Shown here: in pieces, positions 51,444 through 64,000 of the stretch
How positions within the stretch are numbered: position 1 is the stretch's first letter
Layout: each line of letters begins with the position of its first letter
Assembly: GCF_006345805.1 (NCBI RefSeq)
Contig: NC_043015.1
Location: 29,884,001-29,948,000 of the forward strand
Direction of reading: 5' to 3'
DNA: 64,000 bases
Source of the DNA: Octopus sinensis
Taxonomy: Eukaryota
Position numbers and translations under genes: made by a program
The notes under the pieces: model-generated
Database searches by the model: none
The model's input: the letters and a program-made list of their open reading frames with translations, nothing else
What the model was told of the DNA's origin: nothing

Positions 51444-51711
51444 GTAGAATAAGAAATAGAAAGTCCCTTGTTATAGTTTTATATATTTGAGAAAATATAA
51501 ATAGAAATGGCTTTTCTGATAATTTTTCTACTTCAATAATTAGATGTTTATAAATTATTAGGTGTTTATAACCATTCGAAAAGACCTAATTAATAATTTA
51601 TAAACATTATCAGAAAAGCCATTTCTTTTTTTTCTTTTGTTTTTTCAAACAAATATATATATATACACATACAATTATGTAACATCGTGTATATGTATGT
51701 AGAGATACATT

Positions 51712-51743
<32 letters not shown>

Positions 51744-54700
51744 CACACACATATGCATACACATATATAACATCATATATATAAACATGTATGCATATCC
51801 TCATACACGTTCATACACAATGATGTGTGCGTAATACTTAATTTAGCTGTTGTATAAAGATAAGAGCCAAACACCAAACTAAGCAAGAATCCTACTGTTT
51901 CCAAACTGTGATTAAACTACCAATATTTTCATCATTTTGAGGAAGGTGAGGATAATCCTAATAATGTTTAATCTAATCCACCCACACTCTCTCTGTCTCT
52001 GATTTGGAACTTTGTGTGGTGCTTTTATAGTTTAGCTTGGGTACATTTCCTCATATCTAGCGTCTAAAACATTACTGGGAGTTGTAGAAAGAAAAATTTA
52101 ATTCCAATGAAAATCTGGCCCCACTTTTCTGCCATCACACCTCTCTCATTTAGAGAGGGCAGAGGGAACACAAATACAGCTGTCTTTGTAGAGAGATCAG
52201 TTATGTTCGCTACTTGGTAGTCTAAGCTTATAAATAAAATTATTTATTATACAATAACCAAGACAGTCATCAAAGCAAGTTATTTTAACCATATTTTCTT
52301 TAAATTCCTTCTATATTCACTAATTGTCCACTTTCTCCTTGCGATTTTTTTTTGTTTTGTTTTTTTTCTGCAACGTTGATTGCATAATATCAAATGCAAT
52401 AATATTTGTTGTTGTTTATTATTATTATTATTATTATTTTCATTTCATTAATGAATTGCCTATTGAAAATATATTTTTAAAACATTTAAGGATTATCTCC
52501 CTTAGATTCTAACTTTCAGTTCCTTCTTGAATGACTTCTGGACGATGAGACATCCATCAATCTTAGAATTTGCTAGCTGCAATGACATGTCATCACAATG
52601 GGTCCTGGAACTTTATTATCATCATCATCATAGTTACTCTGATGTTATTCTTCTTCAATGGTGGGGTGGTGGGGGTCATGTATTAACAGTGACAGTGTGA
52701 AATGAGATTAATCTCTCACTAACCTCTCTCATGTTAATCTGCTGTAATATTTCTAGATTATAGGGTTTGGGAATGTCCCAGTTCAACAGCTGGCAATTCC
52801 AAATATAAATGGACGATTCCAAACCACCAAACTTATTTCAAGACCAATATATTCTAAGTGGAGAGGTTTTATCTTTTAAGATGTTTCTGAGACTGTTACA
52901 TCTTATAAGATCCAGTTATTTGTGACTCGAGTCCAAGCAAAAGGAATGACTCATATAGTCGTAAAGACTCTTGTTATTGTTCTTTTTGTTTATTTAGCCC
53001 ATGGCTAAGCAGACATAATCTGGGGCTATATTGTCCGGTATATCTTAATTTGAGGGATGTCTGATTGCTAATTCTAGCAGGGCAACAAATTCATGTTGAG
53101 TCTCCTTTAGCGTGGCCTAGTGGTTAAAGTCTTGCACTCGTGATCGCAAGATCATGGTTTCAATTCCTGGACCAGTTGGTGCATTGTGTACTTGAACAAA
53201 ACCCTTCGTTTTCACATTGCTCTGCAACCACTTTAACATCTGACTTGTGGCACACCGTGCTTCTATACAGATAATGTTGATTTGATGGAGAGCCTGAGCT
53301 CGTGGACAACACAAACATTTGATCACTATAACCAAGTCCCCTGTGCAGGTTGTCCAGCCAGAAATTGTGGAATCCTCTTTCTTAGACTTGAGGGTCCACC
53401 AACCAATAACATACAGCACCCGTGTCTCATGAAATATTATTTGTTCAGACAAAAGTCTTAATTTCACGGTTGGTTGTAATATCAGCAAGTAATCAATCCA
53501 GATTAATGGATTATTGGAACTTAGAGATTCAGAGGAAGATGCTTCGCGATATCTCTCCTAGCTCTGTGCATTCTAACAGCGACATTTCTAATGACACTTG
53601 TGCCAAGCTGTATTGGTTCATGTTAGCAGCCTTTCTTTAGATAAACATAAATATTGTTGGCATGGAGAGAGGAGACTTGCATGCATGGGCAACAGAAAAG
53701 TTTTAACAATGGCTTGTGTAGGTCTATGATCAGTTATAACTGAAAGAGACCTTAAATATATATTCCAACTGTTGCAATTCTTTGGGAATAATGTTACATG
53801 GCAAAGTTTTCTATCAACACATCATAGTATGTGAAAACCAAAACCTGCTCTGTATGTATGTATGTATGTATGTATATATATATATATATATATGGTTGGT
53901 TTTACTGCACAAAAAAGAAAAGATAAAAGTAAAAAGGAACATAAGAGAACAATCGCACAATAACCAGATTAGAACAGCAGACATCTAAACATCTTTCAAT
54001 ATTTACCACATCTAAGGCGGTGAACTTGCAGAATCATTAGTATGCCAGGTAAAATGCTTAATGGCATTTTGTTCATTTTTGCATTCTGAGTTCCAGTTCT
54101 GCCAAAGTCGTCTCTTTCTTTTATCCTTTTGGGGTTGATAAAATAAGTACCAGTTTAACACTGGGGGTCAAGGTAATTGACTTATCCCCCTCCCCTAAAA
54201 TTGCTGGCCTTGTGCCAAAATTTGAAATCAATATTTACATCTGGCATGATCAGAGTGACATCCGTGATGTATAGTCTCTTTAGCAATGTTCTGAGAACAT
54301 ACTTTTTCTTTTATTCCACTGTTTTTGAGCCAATGAAGAAGCCTTATGCAGTAGCTAAATCTCTCTAAAATATTCTACCATCTCAAAAAAAAAAAAAAAA
54401 TTGAATACATTGGGTTAATATAGTCTTTGACAGAATCATAAATTAGAAGAGAATGGTGATGAATGGAATGCCTTTTATCAAAGGTCCGTTTGTTCGCAGT
54501 TGACTTTGAACCGGGAACATATTTTGATATATTTTCTACCTTCTTTAAGTTTTTGTAATTATCTTCAATTTTTTTTTTTTCTTTTATCATTAGACTGTGG
54601 CTATGCTGGGGCACTACCTTGAAGGGTTTAGTCAAACAAATTGCCCCCCAGTACTTAGTTTTAAAGTCTATTAGTTATTCTGTTAGTCACTTATGCCAAA

Positions 54701-55984
54701 CTGCTAATCAACATCAGTTGTCGAAAAGTGTGGGAGACACACACACACATATATGTTATGGGCTTCCATTTGGCCAGATACTCTCCCAAGGCATTGATTG
54801 GCCCACGGTTATGGAAAATATTTGCCCAAAGTACCATGCAGTGGGACAGAACCCAAAACCACGTGGTTACAAAGCAAGCTTCTTTATCACAGTTATGCCC
54901 GTGAAAGATTTACTGAATATTCAAAAAGTGAGATTATCCTTATGATTGTAGATGTGAACAAATCTAACTTGATCTGCTGTTTGCCTTAATCAGCTGAGTC
55001 TTTTTTTTTAAAGTCATTTACTCAAAGGAAATGCAGTCCTTTTGCTGGCCACAGAATAATTCTTTAAAATTATGATATGATAGAAGTCAGCTGAAACATT
55101 CAACATGATGTTATCTGCCCTAACTTCCTACTATGTAACTAATAAGCTCCGTCACCCTTCCACTCTGCCAGCACTGAGCCCCCACTTAATCCGCCGATAT
55201 CCACACCTCTGCAAACTATTTCTGTTACACTTGCTAAAGTACTTTTCTTTCTTTTTAACCTAAGTCATCTTACAAAATAAATCGTACAGATTAAGAGATT
55301 TGTCTAGAATTTATCTCCTTCGTTTACTGATGTAGCATTATCAATGTAGCAATAATTTCACAATTCTACAAACCCTAACACCCTTGAAGATAATTCAAGA
55401 TGAGTGTTAGGGGAGTGGGTATTATTTTTTTAGTCGTAAAACAATGAAAGTTGTGTCCTCAGTTTCATCGTCAGCTTAATGTTACTTGAGTGTAAAAGGG
55501 AGATAACTATCGAGTTTTCTTTTTTCTTTAAAAGGGAAGACTGCCCATTACTATCTACAGAGCCTCCTAGTCTCTTGAGTGCAAGGCCCAAATGCTTGTA
55601 CTTACAACTGAGTGGACTCAACTAAAGGCACTAGTTAAGCCAGCTGACTCATTCAGTCTACCACTCATTGCAATATAGCTCAATAATGCTCCTGTTTATA
55701 GTTTTAGTTAGGTGGGGGGAAAAGTGAGTTGGATGTTTAAATCAATACCTTGTGTTGAATTCAGTTGAGAAGCAGAGGGAGACGGATGAGTTCATACGTG
55801 TATACACGTGTAAGACAGTGAATGATTGAATGACCATCACCATCGTTTGCTGATAATTCTTGCCATAAAAACATCGTTTCCTTGTAGTTACAATGCGGTG
55901 AATTTGAAACTTTTTTCCATTCTTGTTAAGATAGCTCTACCCTACATAGTATTATCATATTGAGGTTTGCTCTTCCAGGAGGCA

Positions 55985-56730
55985 AAAAATTTAGTACCAG
56001 TCAAGTACAGGCAGTGGTACTGACTTGCCCTTCTCACCCTACAAAAGTTGGGCCTTGTGCCTATGTTAGCAACAATTATTAGAATAGTGAATTACCAGAA
56101 TCATTAGAGTATTACACGAAATTTTCTTGTGGTATTTTGTTGCAGTTCTTTACATTCTGAGTTCAAGTCCTGCTTGGATTAGCTTTGCCTTTCACTCTTT
56201 TTGGGGGTTGATAAAATAAAGTACCAGTCAAGTACAGGGGTCGATGGTATCAACTTATACACCCTTCCCTCAAAATTACTGGCTCCATGCTTAAATCGGA
56301 AACCAATTGTTATTATTGAGGTGTCAAGCTGGCAGAATCGTTAGCACACCGGACAAAGTGTTTAGCAATATTTCTTCAGGCTTTATGTTCAAATTCCACT
56401 GAGGTCAGCTTCGCCCTTGATCCTTTGAGGGATCAATAAAGTATCAGTACCAATCAAGCACTGGGACGGATGTAATTGACAAGCCCCCCCCCCAAATTTC
56501 AGGACTTGTGCCTATAGTAGAAAGTATTATAATTATTGTTATTATCTGAATTGCAAAATCAGAGAACAGCAGACAAAATATCTTGTGTTTTATTGCGTCC
56601 CTTTACATTTAAAGTTCAAATCTCGCCAAGGCCAAATTTGCCTTTCGTCCTTTCAAGGGTCGTTGAAATAAAGTACCAGTCTATAAATTGGGTCAGTTTA
56701 ATCAGCTGTATCTCTCCCCCAAAATTTGTG
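55985..56730 (+). mobile_element. Head-to-tail array of about 4 family C SINEs
   Basis: Repeated aagtaccagtc / ggccttgtgcc / gcagaatc blocks. Confidence 0.8.
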
Positions 56731-58108
56731 GATATGATGTTGTTGTTCTTGTTATTGTTGCCATACAAGTGTGGTTTTAAGTGTTGGTGTCCCGTGAATT
56801 CACTTTGTAGTGGAAGATAAACTTGTTGGAGTTCCAATTGAAAAGATAATTCTCGTTCTATACCCATCTGTGTGGATATGATTTTTTTTTAGTTGATGTT
56901 AAGTGAAGACAGTTTAATGTATGTGTAATATATTATACATATATGTAGTATGTGTGTAAGTATAATATATATATATGCATGTATGTATAATGTATGTATA
57001 CAATGTATATATGTTCATATGTATTATGCATATGTATAATATATGTTTATATGTGTATGTATGATATATACAAGTATATATGTGTATGTATGATATATAC
57101 AAGTATATATGTTTATATGTGTAGGTATGATATATACATGTTTGTATGTTTATATATGTGTATGTATATACATGTATGATATGTACATGTATGTATGTTT
57201 ATAATGCATGTATGATATGTACATGTGTATATGTTTATATGCATGTATATATGTTTATTTACATGTATGTATGTATGATATATACGTGTGTGTGAGAGAG
57301 AGAGAGAAGTGGATGGGGAGATATATGCTTCAGTGATCTAAATTTTCTTTAACAGTGTCATGGAATCAAGAAACTGACAGTGGTCAGTCTTGTGTGCTTG
57401 AGAGAGAGAGAGAGAGAGAGTTGCAATGACCAGTGTGTAGAACGTTTAGAAAATTGCAAAACACCAGTATACTGACTTTTTCCTTTTACTCACTCTACAC
57501 CTTGTCCCTCGACCAAAATTTTTTTCATGAATTCTGCTCTGTGCTTTTTGTGTCCCAGATCATACACACATGCATTTATGTTCTAATCCATCTCTATAAA
57601 TGTGTGTGTATATATGTATATATAATTACTTTTTTGGAACAGTGAATCTTGAAGCAGTTGAAGTTATAAATACAATAGCATGTAAGTATTGGGTTAAGAA
57701 ATTCCATTAAATAGAAAAAAAAAAAAAATCAGAAGTTATGAATTTTTTTTTTTTTAACCCAATATTAATGTGGTATTATTTATAACTTTATCTGCTTCAA
57801 GATTCACCATTCCAAAAAAGAATTATTTCATATTCTCAAAGTTTCTAAATTCTTATGTCAGCAGTATACATACATACAGGTATGTATGTGTGCATATATA
57901 TACATATATACACACACACACACACACAATATTTAGCAGAAGTAACAGAATGACTCGTGCTCCAAGAGTTTAGTACTTTGGCTCTTGTAATTGCCAATGC
58001 ACAGAACTCTCAAACCTTGAATCACTCTATCACTTCTCCTAAATATTAATAAAAATATACATATACTCATATTTTAATTTCTATTTTTCCTGTTTGCATC
58101 ACCATACC

Positions 58109-58140
<32 letters not shown>

Positions 58141-58146
<6 letters not shown>

Positions 58147-58341
58147 AAATAAGGGTATCTGAGAGATACCACCATGCCGAAATAGCAGTCAAGACCCCGA
58201 CTCCAAAAACCAACCACCTTAAAAGTTCATATCACGCCATGAGATAAGACAGAGACAAAAAATAAAGGTGGATTTTGGAGTCGGGGTCTTGACTGCCATT
58301 TCGGCCCTGGTGGTATCTCTCAGATGCCCTTATTTATAGTT
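58141..58341. mobile_element. 201-bp MITE with long TIRs of about 68 bp
   Basis: aactataaataagggtatctgagagataccacc...gaccccgactccaaaa is mirrored by ttttggagtcggggtc...gatgcccttatttatagtt; (TA)n on the left. Confidence 0.85.
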
Positions 58342-60114
58342 TTAAATAATTATTACCTTTGTATGGTATTTATTCCCATACTGACCACTTGATAAGATCG
58401 ATATTTGAATATCGATATTTATATATATATATATATATATATCAATTTGTATGGATGCATGTATCTACTTACACAAAAAAAAAATTTTTTTTCTCCTTTT
58501 TTTTAATTGCTGTGTTTTATTTTCAGTATTTCTTCCTTGCATTCTGCTCTTATATTTCTTGTAAATCTCTCAAACCTTACTAAGAAGTATAAAACCTCTC
58601 TCCCTTTTTTTTAATTTCATGTAAAGTTTAAGTACACACCTACGGGCTTGTACGCAATATCACATTATACCTTTTAATCTTAATAATTTTCCTACCCATC
58701 TTTTTCGTCTTCTTCTTTTAGTTTCCCTTGAATAATACATATGTGTGTGTGTGCTTTTTTTATTATGCTCCACCCCACCCCCTAGGTCAGTTGCTGGGTT
58801 TGACAGGTAGGTTTCTGCAAAGTTGCACCCTGCTTTTTGAATGGAGAACCCCCCACCCACCCCTCACCTCATTACCCAGTTTTACAATTATTTGAACCAA
58901 TATTCTTCTGATACCACTGTTTGGCAATCCTGTATATTGGTCTGCAAATGTTTTTTTTTTAATTTTATTTATTTTTTTTTTCTTTTTACATTTCACTTGG
59001 ATTGGGATATGGTTTATAAAAATTGAAAAAAAAAAACAATGAAATAAAACAATAATGATTAAAACAGTTTTTTTTTTTAAATCTCGCATTTTTCTTACAT
59101 TTCAAATTCCTGGATTTAAAAAAAATTTTTTTAATTTTTTTTCTTTTTTGTTTCCTAAAAAATATAATTTTTCTCAATTTTAGTATAAAAAAAGAAAAAA
59201 GTTTTTAATTTTCACATAAAGAAACCTTTTAGTTACATCTCATTAATTTAATTTTATCCAGGACTGGGACCATTATTATTTTTATTATTATTATTATTAT
59301 TATTTATTTTTATTATTATATGACAGTCAATTGGCAGAATCATTAGTGCATTTGGAAAAAATGCTTCACAGTATTTCTTCCAGCTCGCTTCATTCTGAGT
59401 TCAAATTCCGCCATGGTCAACTTTGCGTTTCATTCTTCTGGGGTTGATAAAGTACCAGTCAAATATTAGGGGCAATGGTTTCGACCAACCCTCTCACCTC
59501 AGAAAAAAAAGTAAGAATAAAAATTGCTGGCCCTGTGCCTAAATTAGAAACAGTTATACATCATTATATTTTGAATTTTTTTAGTTTTTTATTTTGAATT
59601 TTTTTGCTTTTTATAACTTCTTTAGTTTGGTAAACATCAGCATCATTTAAAGAGAAAACGGTCAGAGTCGCTATGGGATTTGCTTTTTTTTATTTTTATT
59701 TTTTTTTATTGTTTGAAACAAACAAAAAAGAAATTTTCAAAAAATACAAAAAAAGTGTATCTGAAACTTCTCCGATATTTGTGAAAAAAAAAATTTTAGA
59801 AAAAAAAGAAAATTAACCAATAAGACATTTTTACAAATGTGATTTTTACAATATGCCCACCCACTCTCATTGGATGGTCTGGGTATGTAAAGCATTGCTG
59901 CCATTTGATACAGACAGTGTTTGAAATAAATAAATAAATATATATATATGTGTATATCTATATATATATATATATATCTATATATATGTAATGTATTTAA
60001 TCCAAGGCTAGAATTAGATGCTGCATGTGTGTGTGTGTGTCACGTGTGTGTGTGTGCATGTATATGCAGTAATTAATTGCCAGTGTGTTAACAAAGAGTG
60101 TGATTGCTCAGTTA

Positions 60115-60156
<42 letters not shown>

Positions 60157-60499
60157 CAATAATTGATGTATTCATGGTTGTTCTCACTTTAAATTCCTTT
60201 CAAAGTCTGCTGTCACAACCTTCTAAGAGAGCATCATGCCAAGATGGAGCATTTTTTTTAAACATTTGGGGTGTTTTTTGGCTAGAAAATGGATTTTTGA
60301 ATTTTTTTTTTTTTTCTATCTTATTCTTCCTGATTGTTCTAGAATACCAGACTAGTTGCATGTTTACACTATTGGCACCTCACATCACTTCGGTGTTCTT
60401 GTTCTTTGGTGACTTGTTTATTGTTGTTCACTGTTTGTTTTTGTGTGTGAGTATATGTATATTTTGTATGTGCATATTATTATTATTATTATTATTATC

Positions 60500-60955
60500 A
60501 AGGCGGCAAGTTGGCAGAATCGTTACTGCGCCGGGCGAAATGCTTAGCGGCATTTCATCTCTCTCCACATTCTGAGTTCAAATTCTACCAAGGTCGACTT
60601 AGCCTTTCATCCTTTCTGGGTTCCTAAAATAAGTACCAGCTGAACACTGGGGTTGATGTAATCAACTTACCCCCCTGTCCCAAACCTGCTGGCCCCATGC
60701 CAAAATTTGAAACCATGATCATTATTGTTAAGGCAGCGAGCTGGCAAAGTCGTTAGCACTCTGGACAAAATGCGTAGTGGTGTTTCACCTGTCGCTACAT
60801 TCTGAGTTCAAATTCTGCCGAGGTCGACTTTGCCTTTCATCCTTTCGGGGTCGATAAATTAAGTACCAGTGAGACACTGGGGTCGACGTAACCTCCTGTC
60901 CCCTCCCACCAAATTTCAGGCTTTGAGCCTATGGTAGAAAGGATTATTATTATTA
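60500..60955 (+). mobile_element. Two tandem family C SINEs (younger copies)
   Basis: Well-conserved gaggtcgactttgcctttcatcctttcggggtcgataaattaagtaccag core; (ATT)n before and after. Confidence 0.9.
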
Positions 60956-61739
60956 ACTGAGGTTTCATTCCGTTGCTTTTCCGATTCCCCAACTCACCTT
61001 GTTTATCAAGGCGCCTTAAGGTATGTGATAGAAGGAGCCAACTTGGAACAGCGGCTGAATGGGACTTCAGCTTCAAATAAATGAACCAACTCTAACACAC
61101 ACGTACACACAGGTATATGTGTGTATGTGGAGTCCTTTTTTCTTTTTTTTTTCTTTGTACAGCCCAACACATGCATGTATGTATACACACTTTTGTATAG
61201 ACATATATATCTCACACACACCGTTTTTTTTTTTTTTTTTTAACCACTTGTTGTTGTTAAGGAGAGCTGAATTCTGTAGTCTATATTCTTAGAACAGTAA
61301 ATCACATTCAAGAATTCACTCCGTCCAATCCTTCCAACCATGGAAAAAAAAATGGACGTAAAATGATGATGATGATGATTCATTGTGAATGGACCATGAG
61401 ATTCGTTGCAATGCAATCTGAAGACAAAGGCCAGTGTCCCTTAGTGTCTGAGGTCCTCTTTGAATATGGGAAGATCGATAGAGACACTTTGAGAAAGTTG
61501 ATACACTGCCCCATTTGGAGTTTTGTTGGGGCAGTGGTTGCAGGAGGAGGGAAGCAGTTTGGAAGGATTGTGCCCAGGGGAAGTGGTTTTGAGAGAGGAA
61601 ACGATTAGTGTACCGGGTGGGGTAGACAAAGGTCACTTGGTGGGGGAAGAGGAGAGGTTGATGTAACGGAAGAAATCCATAGTTTTTCCAATTGTATTTC
61701 ATATAGCTTGTCTGACTTGCTATGGAATAACTTGACTCT

Positions 61740-62030
61740 TAGGATATCACACATGCAATGTGTGATATAAAGAGGACGCTGTATGGCATTATGTAAGGTG
61801 ATACATGGCCAAAGTAGCACAGTGCAGTGATATCACCTGTATAGTGTGATACAAGGCTGAGGTGGTATTGTATAGAGATATCAAATATATATTGGGATAC
61901 AAGTTTGAGGTAGTATGGAACAAGGATATCATATGGTAGTGTGGTACAAAACTGAAGGAGTATGCTACATAGATATCACATAGTATGATACGAGGTCATG
62001 GTAGCATGGTGCAGAGATATCAGATATTGT
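61740..62030. repeat. Degenerate minisatellite of about 45-49 bp
   Basis: gatatc recurs near 61743, 61829, 61878, 61926, 61972 and 62017, with shared gtgatacaagg..gaggtag..g context. Confidence 0.7.
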
Positions 62031-64000
62031 CAGGGTTACATATCCTATGGGCTCTGTCAATGGCCTCTCTTTCACCTAAGTTGGAAATGTGGGGAGTAAA
62101 GCTGATTTATTGAAAGCAGTGGGAGCTCTATAAAATTGATGGGTGTTCCATAATTTGCAGTGTGAGTTGAAATTTGTCCTATGGGAATGGCATGGTGATT
62201 GAAGGTTGGGCTTACTTGCCTCAGGCACACTCTACATAAAGCCAAACGAAGGCTTTTGTTGTTCTTCAGCTGTTTTGGGTTCACCATAGCTAGCATTTTA
62301 TATATGTGTATATATATATATATATAGTGATGACTGAAAAACTTTGAGATATTTATTTTCTTGGTGGAGATTTAACAAAAAAAATGCTCCATCATTAAAG
62401 ACTACCAAAGTAACAGCAGTGAATTCCTTAGAAAAGCAGTTTCACTGTCACTTTGTTGCTTGTAGTTATATATATCTTCTCATACATTTCCCAATAATAA
62501 ACATCACAACAACACCTACAACATTGAGACCTTATAAATAACACAAGGTAACTCTCCTCCTTCAACTTGTAATTCTCGTTACGGTATCTGAAGAAGCTGA
62601 AAGCTCAGCTCAGCACAGCTCAGCGCAATTCAACCCAGCCACCTCTCAAATAAATATCCACCTTTAACAAAAAAAAAAGCTAGGATACCATCTCTCTCTC
62701 TCTTTCTCCCTCACTTATGTGGCTTAAACTCTGAACATGTCAACATTAAACTGGTTAATAGATCCTGTGGTTGTATAGTCTATGCAAACTTAGGTATTGC
62801 AACGATAGAAACTCCAGGGAGAAGTAATTCAGTTTATTCATCGTTTTATATAAACGAAAGACAACCGCAAAATGGTGAACTGACAGAATTGTTTGTGTTG
62901 CACAAAAAATGCTTCGTGGCATTTTTTCTGATTTCAAGTTCCCATCAGGGTCAACTTGGCCCTTTCATCCTTTCGGGGTTGAAAAAATAAGTCCCAGTTG
63001 AGCACTGGAATTGGTGTAATTAATTGACTTACAATTTCCCATTAAAATTGCTGGCCTTGTGCCAAAATTTTGTAACGATAATTAAAGGGAGTCGGTACAC
63101 TTTTTATGCAGCTAATTTCTTAGTTGTATTTCAGAGAGATGACACAGACCAGGTTTAGAAGGGGGAAAGACAAGTGCTGGGGTTAACCTGTTCGACTTAA
63201 ACCCTTCAAGGTGTTGCTCCAGCATGACCGCAGGCCAATGACGGAAACCAGTTAAGAACTAACCGATATACTTTTACTGACATTTTTACCACACATTCTC
63301 CCCCACCATCACCACCACTCCAATTGAAAAGGAAAAACAAAGAGAATAACTGGTTCATATCAATTTTCTATGCTAGCATGGGTGGGTGGGAGATGTTTAC
63401 ACACATATATACACACAATAACTTGATGTGGGTTCAGGTGTATGTAATTGATGCCAAGACTTCACCTGTGTTAGAATTGTTTCCGAGGCAATAGTACTAA
63501 TACAGTGACTTAAGGTAGTATAGATCAAATACAATTGCACACACAGACACACACACACTATTTTGGCTCAAGTCACATAATACATTTGACTAAAGTGAAA
63601 GTACTTAGTTTAGAATATAAACAAACCATTGAAATTAGGATGTAAGGACTTTACAATTAATGATACCAGCTGTGTGTGTATGTAACTCTCCTTATCCCAG
63701 TTATCTATCAATCTATCTATCTAGCATGATGTGTTAGAATAAATTTATAATGTATATTAGCGACAGAGGCAGTATTAATACCAAAAAAAGTAATATTTAA
63801 CCCTCGCTTAAACAGGGATGTTCTGTTAGAACAAGCTATACTGTGGTAGATCCTATGAGAGAACCTCTCATATTGGCTTTCAGTGCAAAATGCACTCCTG
63901 TTTATATCACTAGCAGGGAGATAAATCCTCACCACCTCCAGCACTGAGACCACCAGATCATGTGATTTCGACCTTGTTTGGTCTTGCCAATGATGGATGC

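Noticed and set aside
52514-52700. Acceptor-like ctttcag followed by an open frame of about 60 codons (SFLNDFWTMRHPSILEF...); similar isolated exon-like candidates near 44572, 49100 and 62560
   Set aside because: No recognisable homology, no compatible neighbouring exons, and expected by chance in 24 kb.
58900-59800. Extreme poly(A)/poly(T) density (also 40300-41200)
   Set aside because: Low-complexity sequence; homopolymer lengths may be inflated by long-read error, so no biological claim is made.
62582-62620. CTGAAGA-agct-GAAA-gct-c-agc-TC hammerhead-like string
   Set aside because: Stem II has no room for a loop and stem I (ggtat vs agcac) does not pair.
63717-64000. Minus-strand frame open from the window edge (about 94 codons)
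   Set aside because: No recognisable domain or convincing splice context; cannot be assessed at the boundary.

Overview
Eukaryotic, AT-rich, microsatellite-dense genomic DNA. The SINE/LINE families suggest an octopus (Octopus sp.); this is an inference. One protein-coding gene is supported: an AMMECR1-family gene on the + strand with four coding exons in the window (14004-14114, 35984-36098, 38379-38469, 38939-39105 including stop). The first coding exon was not found and is presumably upstream. The rest is transposon debris: tRNA-derived SINEs, RTE and CR1/L2-type LINE 3' fragments, hAT- and piggyBac-type MITEs, non-autonomous Helitrons, a fossil mariner transposase and long microsatellites. 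The most interesting signal is in the 21.9-kb intron between the first two visible exons. Five unrelated short elements, most sitting in or beside (TA)n tracts, carry minimal type I hammerhead ribozyme (HHR) folds with short, near-palindromic stem III. These include a 475-bp tandem repeat with three HHR copies plus a 438-bp fold-back (retrozyme or Penelope pseudo-LTR-like), and an HHR whose C3:G8 core pair is swapped to G3:C8. Secondary signals are a LINE/SINE shared 3' stem-loop with compensatory changes, an in-frame duplicate-like candidate of the 115-nt exon, a six-unit SINE concatemer, and strand-polarised SINE arrays downstream of the gene. All folds and alignments were done by eye.
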